Origin: Candidatus Staskawiczbacteria bacterium | Lineage (GTDB): Bacteria; Patescibacteriota; Minisyncoccia; Minisyncoccales; Staskawiczbacteraceae | Direction of reading: 5' to 3' | DNA length: 38,952 bases | Assembly (NCBI GenBank): GCA_943354455.1 | Contig: CALRCB010000001.1 | Span: 1 to 38,952, forward strand | Shown here: in pieces, positions 24,442 through 33,246 of the stretch | How the letters are laid out: the number at the start of each line of letters is the position of its first letter | Numbering within the stretch: position 1 is the first letter of the stretch | The notes under the pieces: model-generated | Told to the model about the DNA's origin: nothing | Databases searched by the model: none | The model's input: the letters and a program-made list of their open reading frames with translations, nothing else | Made by a program: the position numbers and the translations under genes

Positions 24442-25152
24442 ATGTCAAAAAAGGTTATTATTTTATTTGGTCCGCCAGGGGCGGGAAAGGGAACACAATC
24501 TGAGCTTTTATCTGAAAAGATGGGGTTGTATTTGTTTGAAACCAGTAAAATGCTGGAACGGGAATTTAGAAACGCAGAAGATTTGTCAGAAGATGACCCA
24601 GCCAGATTCGTAGAAATTGAAGGTGAAAAATTTGATATATTAAACGAAAAAGAAATTTGGAAAAATGGAGAACTATGCAGTCCGACATGGGTGACGTGGT
24701 TGACCATGAAAGAATTAAAACGATTGCATGATGACGGGGACAATATTATTTTGTCTGGCTCGCCAAGAACTTTGTACGAAGTCGAGATTGAAGCCCCTTT
24801 ACTGGTAGAGCTTTACGGCAAAGAAAATATTCATATTGTATTAATTGAGATTTCAGCTGAGGTGACGGTTTTTCGAAACACTCACCGCAAAATTTGCGAG
24901 TTGATGCGCCATTCCATTTTATTTAACGACGAAACTAAAACATTAACCATCTGTCCATTGGATGGGTCGCTTTTGACTAACCGAAAAGATTTGGATGACC
25001 CAGAAACTATTAAGGTGCGCCTTGAACAATACAGCCAGCGAACATTGCCATTGTTTGAATATTTTCAAAATAATGGTTTTAAGGTAGCTAAAATAAACGG
25101 GGAAGGAAGTGTGGCAAATGTGCACGGTGAGATTTTAAAAATCATTGAATAA
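24442..25152 (+). CDS. adk: Adenylate kinase (divergent)
   Basis: The P-loop GPPGAGKGTQ is present and the gene sits between secY and map. The NMP-binding and LID regions are atypical: SGSPRT replaces DGFPRT, and the LID has only 2 Cys. Confidence 0.8.
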   Translation: MSKKVIILFGPPGAGKGTQSELLSEKMGLYLFETSKMLEREFRNAEDLSEDDPARFVEIEGEKFDILNEKEIWKNGELCSPTWVTWLTMKELKRLHDDGDNIILSGSPRTLYEVEIEAPLLVELYGKENIHIVLIEISAEVTVFRNTHRKICELMRHSILFNDETKTLTICPLDGSLLTNRKDLDDPETIKVRLEQYSQRTLPLFEYFQNNGFKVAKINGEGSVANVHGEILKIIE

Positions 25153-25902
25153 ATGGTTCACATAAAATCAGCAGAAGAAATTGCAATCATGGCCGAGGGC
25201 GGGAAAATCCTGGCAACGGTGTTGTATCAGGTTGCTGATATGGCTAAGCCGGGCATTACCACCATGGAACTGGACAGGGCTGCCGAAGCTCTTATTTTAA
25301 AATACGGCGCCAAACCGGCATTTAAGGGATATGAAGGGTTTCCTTATTCTTTGTGTGCTTCGGTAAATGAAAATATTGTGCACGGGTATCCATCAAATAC
25401 GCCATTGAAAAATGGTGATATTGTAGGGCTTGATTTGGGTGTTTTGCATAAAGGATACAATACCGACATGGCCGTAACGGTGGCTGTCGGCGAAGTTTCC
25501 TTTGAAGCAAAACGGTTGTTGAAGGTAACCGAAAAGGCTTTGCGCCTTGGCATTAAAAAAGCCCGCGCTGGAGTTACTACCGGAGATGTGGGTAATACCA
25601 TTCAACGGTTTATTGAAGATCAGGGGTTTGGGGTAGTGCGAGACTTGTACGGCCACGGCATTGGTAAGCAGGTACATGAAGATCCATTGGTTCCTAATTT
25701 TGGAAAACGACAAGAGGGGACTGTTTTGAAAGAAGGAATGGTGATTTGCATTGAGCCGATGGTAACCATGGGAGATTTTAAAATGAAGCGTTCCGATGAC
25801 GGCTATGGCTATGCGACGCGGGATGGCTCGTTGTCCGCCCACTTTGAACATACCCTAGCGATTACGAAAGACGGTTGTCGAGTTTTGACGGTAGCACCTT
25901 AA
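25153..25902 (+). CDS. map: Methionine aminopeptidase type I
   Basis: IKSAEEIAIMAEGGKI, GDIVGLDLG, YGHGIG and HFEHT supply the metal ligands. Confidence 0.95.
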   Translation: MVHIKSAEEIAIMAEGGKILATVLYQVADMAKPGITTMELDRAAEALILKYGAKPAFKGYEGFPYSLCASVNENIVHGYPSNTPLKNGDIVGLDLGVLHKGYNTDMAVTVAVGEVSFEAKRLLKVTEKALRLGIKKARAGVTTGDVGNTIQRFIEDQGFGVVRDLYGHGIGKQVHEDPLVPNFGKRQEGTVLKEGMVICIEPMVTMGDFKMKRSDDGYGYATRDGSLSAHFEHTLAITKDGCRVLTVAP

Positions 25903-25929
25903 CAACGTTAACCAAGAAAGGGGCGACAC

Positions 25930-26331
25930 GTGGAAAAGGTAAAACCTTCGATAGTAAATATAATCGTAACCCTTTCAGTTACGGTATTATTTGCTTTTTC
26001 GTTTCAGGTTAGCTTTCTTGCCGGACAGATAATATTAGTAGCAGTGTTTTTTTGCTATAATATTGTTTGCGAATCTGTGCTTGGGCGGTGTGTGGGAATG
26101 TGGTGGTTTAGAAAGAAATGGCGCAATCAAAGGACTATTCGGCACAAAATGCTGTATATTTTCTGCTACACTGCTTCATTTAGCACATTAGTGATTTACG
26201 TTTGGTTCCCATTAGATATTTTCCTGGTTAACATTTTAATTTTCCAACTCCCATGTTTCTTGTTGAAAAGGAACACCTTTCACGGTTACGTGGGTGGTAT
26301 GGAAACAATTCCATTTGACCCTGCATCTTAG
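25930..26331 (+). CDS. Hypothetical membrane protein (possibly RDD-like), GTG start
   Basis: Three to four hydrophobic helices are present. ESVLGRCVGMWWF loosely resembles the RDD motif. Confidence 0.5.
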   Translation: MEKVKPSIVNIIVTLSVTVLFAFSFQVSFLAGQIILVAVFFCYNIVCESVLGRCVGMWWFRKKWRNQRTIRHKMLYIFCYTASFSTLVIYVWFPLDIFLVNILIFQLPCFLLKRNTFHGYVGGMETIPFDPAS

Positions 26332-26347
26332 GATGCGGGGTTTTTTC
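26319..26347 (+). terminator. Rho-independent terminator
   Basis: The arms ccctgcatc and gatgcgggg flank the loop ttag and are followed by T6. Confidence 0.8.
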
Positions 26348-26360
26348 TTTTATTATTTTT

Positions 26361-26369
26361 TGGTACAAT
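26361..26369 (+). promoter_or_regulatory. Extended -10 promoter (TGgTACAAT) for tpiA
   Basis: The sequence tggtacaat lies 5 nt upstream of the leader palindrome. Confidence 0.5.
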
Positions 26370-26373
26370 CAAC

Positions 26374-26449
26374 TATATGCAAAGCATATAAATAATCGTG
26401 CGGTCGGAATAATAAATTGTGATTTCTTATTCCTCTCTTACTCATATTT
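26374..26449 (+). repeat. Conserved leader motif, copy C, upstream of tpiA
   Basis: The palindrome tatatgcaaagcatata is followed by aataatc, the 28-nt core (26401-26428) and ttcctc...tcatatttATG. Confidence 0.7.
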
Positions 26450-27172
26450 ATGGAAAAATTAATTGTCGCTAATTGGAAATTAAATCCGATAACTTTTAAA
26501 GAAGCCAAAGATTTGTTTGGCGCGGTAAAAAAACATGCGAAAGTAAAAAATACCCAAGTGGTCATTTGTCCGCCGTTTGTGTATTTACCATTGTTAAAAG
26601 GTTTGAGTTTGGGATCGCAAAATATTTCTTCCGAACAAAAAGGGGCCTTTACCGGAGAAATTTCTGCTCTGCAACTTAAGGATTTGAATATTGAATACGT
26701 TATCATTGGACACTCTGAACGCCGAAAACATTTTAGTGAAACTAATGAAACGGTAAATAAAAAAATAAAAATGGCATTGGAAGCAGGCTTGAAGGTTATT
26801 TTTTGCATTGGTGAAAACGAGGGAGAAGAAAAAAATACCATTTTGCAAAATCAAATTACCAAAGGGCTGGCCGATGTGTTGCCAGCGCAGATGGAGCAAG
26901 TAGTTATTGCCTATGAACCGGTGTGGGCGATTGGCACGGGAAAAAATTGTTCAACCGAAGAAACTAAAAGTGCTGTGGAATCAATAAAAAATACGTTAAT
27001 AAGTCTATATGGCTCTCAAATTGCCGAAAATACCAGAATTTTATATGGGGGGAGTGTAAATAGTACTAATTCGGCTGAGTATTTAAAAAATGGGGAAGTA
27101 AATGGACTATTGATTGGTGGAGCTTCGCTGAAACCAGATGAATTTATCGCCATTGTAAAATCCACAGAATAA
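26450..27172 (+). CDS. tpiA: Triosephosphate isomerase
   Basis: ANWKLN, IGHSERR, AYEPVWAIGTG and GGASL are present. Confidence 0.96.
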   Translation: MEKLIVANWKLNPITFKEAKDLFGAVKKHAKVKNTQVVICPPFVYLPLLKGLSLGSQNISSEQKGAFTGEISALQLKDLNIEYVIIGHSERRKHFSETNETVNKKIKMALEAGLKVIFCIGENEGEEKNTILQNQITKGLADVLPAQMEQVVIAYEPVWAIGTGKNCSTEETKSAVESIKNTLISLYGSQIAENTRILYGGSVNSTNSAEYLKNGEVNGLLIGGASLKPDEFIAIVKSTE

Positions 27173-27215
27173 GTTTTTTGTTTGACTATTTTCCGGTTTG
27201 GCGTATATTCAAACT

Positions 27216-27746
27216 ATGGAAGGAAACATTAAAGATGGAACATTTTTTAGTCCCAGTAAGGGTGATATGACCTTTAGCGATTTGATAAAAGAGATTTTTG
27301 ATTACATTTCGGCCAAGCCGGAATTTTTTTATGATATTGTGGTGGGGTGTGATTCGCCGTCAACCGACAAACCATTTTTCCCGATTGCCATTGTAGTGCT
27401 GCGAACTGGCGCCGGTGGCAGGTTTTTCTTAAAAAAAATGCATTACCCCGATGCTTATTTAAAACGTTTTATGCACATTAATTGGAAACAGCGCATTCTG
27501 CAGGAAGTGTATCTGTCTTGCGATCTGGCGTTATTATTGCGGGAAACGTTGGAAAAAGAATTCGGTCAAGCTCGCCCTAACTTTAATTACCAATTTGCCT
27601 ATATTCATGCTGATGTCGGAGAACAAGGAAAAACCAAAGAAATGGTAAAAGAGGTGATTGGATTAATCCGTGCCAATGGTTTTGAACCAAGAATCAAACC
27701 GGAATCTTTTGCCGCCTCGGTGGTTGCAGATAGATACACTAAATAG
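27216..27746 (+). CDS. YkuK/DUF458-family RNase H-like protein
   Basis: FFSPSKGDMTFSDLIKEI...IVVGCDS...IHADVG matches the DUF458 pattern as I recall it. I prefer the ATG at 27216 over the TTG at 27198. Confidence 0.6.
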   Translation: MEGNIKDGTFFSPSKGDMTFSDLIKEIFDYISAKPEFFYDIVVGCDSPSTDKPFFPIAIVVLRTGAGGRFFLKKMHYPDAYLKRFMHINWKQRILQEVYLSCDLALLLRETLEKEFGQARPNFNYQFAYIHADVGEQGKTKEMVKEVIGLIRANGFEPRIKPESFAASVVADRYTK

Positions 27747-27774
27747 TCCTTTAACATAACAGGGAGGATTTGTA

Positions 27775-28113
27775 ATGCTCGCTAAACTGCCCGAAGACAA
27801 GGTGCTTTTTAGTCAAGCCCTGGAAACCGATAAAGAAAAGGTGCAAAAGCTTTGTGTCAACATTGAGATGATGTGTTGCGCCTATAGTAAAAATCAGCAC
27901 CGTCAGTTGATGTTGTATAAGCGCGAGAATGCATATGGCAGGCAAGAGGCGGGGATCGCCTATTTACCAGGACCCAAGTGTACGGCTTCCAAGCTTTTCG
28001 CAAGGGAAATGCTTAGGTTGTTTTCTAAAGATCCCAATTATTGTTTCGATTTTGCCGAAAAATACTATTTTGACTTGGTAAGTGCGAAGAATTATCTGAG
28101 TCCCCACAGTTAG
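27775..28113 (+). CDS. Hypothetical protein (compositionally atypical)
   Basis: The 112-aa product has no recognisable motif. GC content is visibly higher than in the flanking genes, and a strong SD (GGGAGGA) lies upstream. Confidence 0.5.
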   Translation: MLAKLPEDKVLFSQALETDKEKVQKLCVNIEMMCCAYSKNQHRQLMLYKRENAYGRQEAGIAYLPGPKCTASKLFAREMLRLFSKDPNYCFDFAEKYYFDLVSAKNYLSPHS

Positions 28114-28123
28114 GTCTTTGTAG

Positions 28124-28146
28124 GCGTCTTTTATTAGACGCTTTTT
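28124..28146 (+). terminator. Rho-independent terminator
   Basis: The arms gcgtct and agacgc flank the loop tttatt and are followed by T5. Confidence 0.7.
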
Positions 28147-28187
28147 AATTATTTGCGAAAAGATATTTTGTAGTATAGAATAATATT

Positions 28188-29921
28188 ATGAAATCAAGTG
28201 AATTGCGCCAAAAATTCTTGCAATTTTTTGAAAAAAACGGACACGCGGTTATTCCGAGCACTTCTTTGATTCCCGATGAAGTCGGTTTAGATCAAAAAAC
28301 TCTTTTTATTACCGCTGGTATGCAACCGATGGTGCCATATTTAATGGGTAAAAAACATCCAGAAGGAAAAAGAATTGTTGATATTCAGAAATGTTTTAGA
28401 ACCGTTGATATCGATGAAGTTGGCGATGACACCCATCATACCTTTTTTGAAATGATGGGGAATTGGTCATTGGGTGACTATTGGAAAAAAGAATCCATTG
28501 GTTGGAGTTTTGAATTTTTAACCAAAGAACTTAATATTCCGCTTGAAAAATTGGCTGTTTCTTGTTTTGCTGGCGATGAAAATGCGCCAAAAGATGAAGA
28601 ATCGGCCAGAATTTGGGAGTCACTTGGAATACCTAAAGAACGAATTGCCTTTTTGCCAAAAGAAGATAATTGGTGGGGTCCTGTTGGAGCTTTCGGTCCC
28701 TGTGGACCGGATACAGAAATTTTTTATTGGAAAGCAAACGATATTCCTGTTACAAAGGGATTTGATCCACAAAATAAAAATTGGGTTGAGATTTGGAATA
28801 ATGTTTTTATGGAATATGTAAAAGATAGTAACGGAAATTATGTTTTAGCAGAACAAAAAAATGTAGATACGGGAATGGGTTTTGAAAGGACGCTTGCCAT
28901 TTTAAATGGTTATACAAATAATTACGGAACTGATCTTTTTGCTTCAATTATTTCGAAAATAAATGAAAATAGTAATTCGGACGATGAGGCGGGCAAAAGA
29001 ATTATTGCTGATCATATCCGCGCAACTGTATTTATGATTGCCGATGGTATTGAGCCATTGAATACTGGACGTGGATATTTATTGAGGCGCTTATTGCGCA
29101 GAGTGGCTTACTACTGTAATTCCATTGAATTAAAGAATATTTTCCTATCTGACTTGGCCGAAGTTGTAATTAGTATTTATGATGATGTTTATGCTCTTAA
29201 CGAAAGTAAGAAATTAATATTAGAGACTATTGAAAAAGAGGTTTCATTATTTAATAAAACCCTCGAGGCTGGTAAGAAAAAATGTGAGGAAGGAGAAGAT
29301 CCGTTTATTCTTTCCACTACATATGGTTTTCCCATAGAATTAACACGTGAAATAGCCAAAGAAAATGGAAGGACGATTGATATGCAAGATTTTGAACAAA
29401 AAATGAAGCAACACCAAGAACTTTCGCGCACCGCCTCGGCGGGAATGTTTAAGGGGGGATTGGCTGACCACGAGCCCGCCACGGTAAAATTACATACTGC
29501 GCACCATTTATTATTGTCTGCTTTGCAAGAGGTATTTGGCAAAGAGGTAAAGCAGCGGGGAAGTAATATTAATCAAGAACGGTTAAGGATTGATTTTTCG
29601 TTTGATAGAAAGTTAACCGATGAAGAAAAAAGCCATATTGAAATTATGGTAAATGAAAAAATACAGCAGGGATTAGACGTGGTAAAACGGGAAATGCCTT
29701 TGGAGGAGGCAGAGAAACTTGGTGCAGAGATGGAATTTGGTGTAAAATACGGTAATATGGTGTCTGTGTACTTCATTGAAGATAAAAAGGGAAACGTGGT
29801 AAGTAAAGAATTTTGCGGAGGCCCCCACGTAACTAATACATCAGAGTTAGGACACTTTAAAATTTTAAAAGAAGAAGCTTCTTCGCAAGGAGTACGAAGA
29901 ATTAAAGCAATTTTAGAATAA
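28188..29921 (+). CDS. alaS: Alanine--tRNA ligase, short form (577 aa, no C-Ala domain)
   Basis: FLQFFEKNGHAVIPSTSLIP, TAGMQP and WGPVGAFGPCGPDTEIF form the class II core. HTAHHLL ... CGGPHV is the editing-type HxxxH/CxxxH motif near the C-terminus. Confidence 0.9.
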   Translation: MKSSELRQKFLQFFEKNGHAVIPSTSLIPDEVGLDQKTLFITAGMQPMVPYLMGKKHPEGKRIVDIQKCFRTVDIDEVGDDTHHTFFEMMGNWSLGDYWKKESIGWSFEFLTKELNIPLEKLAVSCFAGDENAPKDEESARIWESLGIPKERIAFLPKEDNWWGPVGAFGPCGPDTEIFYWKANDIPVTKGFDPQNKNWVEIWNNVFMEYVKDSNGNYVLAEQKNVDTGMGFERTLAILNGYTNNYGTDLFASIISKINENSNSDDEAGKRIIADHIRATVFMIADGIEPLNTGRGYLLRRLLRRVAYYCNSIELKNIFLSDLAEVVISIYDDVYALNESKKLILETIEKEVSLFNKTLEAGKKKCEEGEDPFILSTTYGFPIELTREIAKENGRTIDMQDFEQKMKQHQELSRTASAGMFKGGLADHEPATVKLHTAHHLLLSALQEVFGKEVKQRGSNINQERLRIDFSFDRKLTDEEKSHIEIMVNEKIQQGLDVVKREMPLEEAEKLGAEMEFGVKYGNMVSVYFIEDKKGNVVSKEFCGGPHVTNTSELGHFKILKEEASSQGVRRIKAILE

Positions 29922-29947
29922 AATACTATTAAAAGTTTTTATATTTC

Positions 29948-31240
29948 ATGCCAAAAAAAATGCACGATATTTTGTCTCCCAAGGCAAAGCGCAAAATAGA
30001 TAGCACTGTAAAGGAAATTGTTAAGGACTTATCGGTAGTTTCTAGGAAAAAAAGAACTGTGCACAAAAAAATCGTGCAAGAGTCGATTGTTAAAAAAGAA
30101 AAAAGTTTTCCATTAAAAGAAATAGTAATTGGGGGTGCGGTGGTAGTGCTTTTATTGGCCTGGTATGGAATTACAAAATTACCAAAAGCCGATATTCAAA
30201 TTTGGCCTAAAATCGATACATTAACCCTTTCCCAAAAAATTACGGCAGATAAATCAGTAACTGTCATAGATATATCCCGTGGAATTATTCCTGCAACCTA
30301 TGTGCAAGAGATTAAAGATGGTAAGCAAGAATTTTTGGCAACGGGAAGTGCATCTGATGACGGAAAAGCAACTGGATCTATTATAATTTATAATAAAAAT
30401 AATTCTGTTTTCACGTTGGTAAAAGGTACTCATTTTTTATCTGACTCAGGAAAATATTTTGTAACTCTCGCAAGAATTAGTATTCCGGCAATGTCAAAGA
30501 AAACTCCCGGATCGGCTTTGGCTCAAGTCCAGGCTAAGGAAGCCGGAGAATCATATAATATCGGTTCTTCTAAGTTTTCCGCACCAAAGCTATATGGCAC
30601 AGAGTATTATTATAGTATTTACGCGCAATCAGACAGTAATATGTCGGGCGGACAAACTGGAGAGGTAAAAAAAGTTACTGCTGACGATATCAAAGAAGCT
30701 AAAAATTCTTTGACAAAAAAAATATTGCAAGAAGCCAAGGATTCTTTACGGGCAAGGCTTTTGGCCGATGAGGTGTTATTAGAAGGTGCCATCCAAAATA
30801 CAGTAGTTAGTGATAGTGCAGATGTGGCGGCCGGAACTATTGTAGATAAATTTAATGAATCAGTTAGTGTAAAAATTTCTGCATTAGTGGTAAAAAAGCA
30901 TGATCTAGAAGTAGTAGTTAAAGATAATATTGTGTCCGAATTACCAAAGGTCAATAACTTTATTGAAAACAGCTTAGATATTAAGCCCATTCTTACATCG
31001 GTTGACTTTAAAGCTGGTAAAATGATACTTGATACCTCGTCTTCGGTTAAAACCTATTACAATATTAATAATAATGAATTGATAGATTTATTCCCAGCAA
31101 AGTCTGGCGACCAAATAAAACAGGTGATTGATCAACTACACGAAGGCCAGATCTCTGAATTGAAAATTAATTTCTGGCCATTTTGGGTTCACCGGGCTCC
31201 AGATAATAAAAATAGAATAAAAATAAATTTAAATTTCTAA
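29948..31240 (+). CDS. Hypothetical single-pass membrane protein
   Basis: A basic N-terminus and one TM helix (IVIGGAVVVLLLAWYGI) precede a large extracytoplasmic domain with no motif I can name. Confidence 0.5.
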   Translation: MPKKMHDILSPKAKRKIDSTVKEIVKDLSVVSRKKRTVHKKIVQESIVKKEKSFPLKEIVIGGAVVVLLLAWYGITKLPKADIQIWPKIDTLTLSQKITADKSVTVIDISRGIIPATYVQEIKDGKQEFLATGSASDDGKATGSIIIYNKNNSVFTLVKGTHFLSDSGKYFVTLARISIPAMSKKTPGSALAQVQAKEAGESYNIGSSKFSAPKLYGTEYYYSIYAQSDSNMSGGQTGEVKKVTADDIKEAKNSLTKKILQEAKDSLRARLLADEVLLEGAIQNTVVSDSADVAAGTIVDKFNESVSVKISALVVKKHDLEVVVKDNIVSELPKVNNFIENSLDIKPILTSVDFKAGKMILDTSSSVKTYYNINNNELIDLFPAKSGDQIKQVIDQLHEGQISELKINFWPFWVHRAPDNKNRIKINLNF

Positions 31241-31914
31241 TGAAATTATTATTATTAAGACATTTAAAATCCCAGTGGAATAAAGATGATCGTTTTGCTG
31301 GTTGGGTTGACAATCCATTGTCCGACGAAGGCAGGCTACAGGCCAAAGGAATTTTTGAACAATTAAAAAATCAGAAAATCGATGTGGCTTATTGTAATGC
31401 GTTAATCCGATGCACAGAAACAGTGCTGCGTATATTTGAAGATATTCCCGGAAAATATCCGTTATTTTTACATATTGATGGCGGAAAAATGCAAAAATGG
31501 GGTAATTTTGAGGGCACGGACATGGGAGAAATTCCTTTTTATGTAACAGAAAAATTAAATGAACGCTATTATGGAAGTATTCAGGGATTAAATAAGGCAA
31601 AAACTAAGGAAAAGCATGGAGAGGTATTGGTGCAGGAATGGAGAAGATCGTTTAATGGTAAGCCAGCGGGCGGAGAATCTTTAAAAGATGTGTGCAAAAG
31701 GGTCGATTCATTTTTTAAAAAATATATCGAAAAAGATTTAAAGCAAAATAAAAATATTTTAGTGGTGGCCAGCCACAATAGCTTGAGGGCAATGGTAAAA
31801 TATATTGAAAACATACCAGATGAAGATATTGTAAATTTGGAACTACCCTTTGGTGCTTTGGTGGAATATGAATATAGTGATGGAAAATTTATGAATTTGC
31901 ATTTTAAAAAATAA
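31240..31914 (+). CDS. gpmA: Histidine-phosphatase family / 2,3-BPG-dependent phosphoglycerate mutase-like protein
   Basis: LLLRHLKSQWNKDDRFAGWVDNPLSDEG corresponds to the RHGESxWN..FTGWxDxxLS motif, and SHNSLRA to SHGNSLRA. Confidence 0.75.
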   Translation: MKLLLLRHLKSQWNKDDRFAGWVDNPLSDEGRLQAKGIFEQLKNQKIDVAYCNALIRCTETVLRIFEDIPGKYPLFLHIDGGKMQKWGNFEGTDMGEIPFYVTEKLNERYYGSIQGLNKAKTKEKHGEVLVQEWRRSFNGKPAGGESLKDVCKRVDSFFKKYIEKDLKQNKNILVVASHNSLRAMVKYIENIPDEDIVNLELPFGALVEYEYSDGKFMNLHFKK

Positions 31915-31948
31915 TAAGATATAAATAATTAATAAAAAAAATAACATT

Positions 31949-33001
31949 ATGTATAAACGTATGATCAGTAAATTAAGTAAGTTAAATAAAAATACGGTAT
32001 TAATAGTTGTTGCCGTGATTGCTATTTTAGTGACAGGAGTTTTTGTTTCTAATAAGCCTCTTTCTTCTCAGGTCATATCATTTTTTAAGGTTGGGGGGTC
32101 CCGCGACGCTATTGCTAAAAAATCCGTAGATTATTTAAATAGCAGCGTCTTAAAAGATGGCCAGACTGCCATTATAAAAAGCGTTTCAGAAGAGAGTGGT
32201 TTAGTAAAACTTGAAATTCAAATAGGCAATAGTAATTATACTAGTTATGCTACTAAAGACGGCAAACTATTATTTCCCGAAGCATTTACCATGGGCACCG
32301 CAAAGAATTCTCCAACAGCTTCAAGTACTCCAGATGCCACTGCCGGTGCATCAATAACTCCCGCCAATGTAGAAAAAGTAGATAAAACATCTCTTGAGGC
32401 ATATGTCGTGAGCAGATGTCCTTTTGGACTTCAAATGCAAAGGGCCATGGCGGAGGCCGTAAAAAACAGTCCAGCTTTGGCAGACTACGTTAAAGTAAGA
32501 TATATTGGATCAATTTCTGGAAATACAACTATCGCTATGCATGGTCCCGAAGAGGCTGCGGAAGATCGCAGGCAAATATGCTTACGAGAAGAACAGCCCG
32601 TTAAATACTGGCCTTATGTCGCTTGTCAAATGAAAAGCAAGGATGCGGCCGATGGGTGTTTATCGTCAGTGGGCGTTAATGTAAATAAGTTAAATTCATG
32701 CTTATCAGATAAGGTATTGACATACGCAAAAGTAGATTTTGATTTAAATGCTAAATACGATGTATCGGGTTCTCCAACAATGATTTTAAATGGTAAAGAG
32801 GTTTCAGAAACTCCTTTTGGAGGTAGATCTGCAGATGCTATAAGAAATTTGGTATGCTCTTCATTAACTACCGCTCCAGCTTTTTGTGAAAAAAAGTTAG
32901 ATACGGCTCCTGCAGCAGCTTCTTTCTCATTGACATTAACAACTCCAACTGGTGGAGCCATAGCAAGTGCTAATACTGCTTGTGCACCAGCAGTACAGTA
33001 A
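31949..33001 (+). CDS. Membrane-anchored thioredoxin-fold (DsbA-like) protein
   Basis: An N-terminal TM helix is present. SRCPFGLQ sits at the active-site position, and GSPTMILNGKEV resembles the DsbA cis-Pro loop. Confidence 0.5.
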   Translation: MYKRMISKLSKLNKNTVLIVVAVIAILVTGVFVSNKPLSSQVISFFKVGGSRDAIAKKSVDYLNSSVLKDGQTAIIKSVSEESGLVKLEIQIGNSNYTSYATKDGKLLFPEAFTMGTAKNSPTASSTPDATAGASITPANVEKVDKTSLEAYVVSRCPFGLQMQRAMAEAVKNSPALADYVKVRYIGSISGNTTIAMHGPEEAAEDRRQICLREEQPVKYWPYVACQMKSKDAADGCLSSVGVNVNKLNSCLSDKVLTYAKVDFDLNAKYDVSGSPTMILNGKEVSETPFGGRSADAIRNLVCSSLTTAPAFCEKKLDTAPAAASFSLTLTTPTGGAIASANTACAPAVQ

Positions 33002-33007
33002 ATAACG

Positions 33008-33241
33008 ATGATTACTATTTATTCAACTCCAACTTGTGTGTACTGCAATAATGTAAAAGAGTACCTTACTAAAAATAATATTCAGTATCAAGAAATTGAT
33101 GTTTCTTTAGATGAAAAGGAATTAGAAAAAATGGTTGCTATTTCTGGCCAAATGGGGGTTCCGGTAATTGATATTGATGGGGATGTGGTAGTTGGTTTTG
33201 ATAAAGAAAAAATAGACGAATTACTGAAATTAAAACCGTAA
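33008..33241 (+). CDS. Glutaredoxin-like protein (NrdH/YruB type)
   Basis: The 77-aa product contains ITIYSTPTCVYCNNVKEYL and GVPVIDIDG. Confidence 0.85.
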   Translation: MITIYSTPTCVYCNNVKEYLTKNNIQYQEIDVSLDEKELEKMVAISGQMGVPVIDIDGDVVVGFDKEKIDELLKLKP

Positions 33242-33246
33242 AATAT

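Noticed and set aside
15623-26390. Repeated 17-nt palindromes considered as a CRISPR-like or REP array
   Set aside because: The copies are kilobases apart and each sits just upstream of a start codon, with no regular spacer structure. I interpret them as a leader or operator motif instead.
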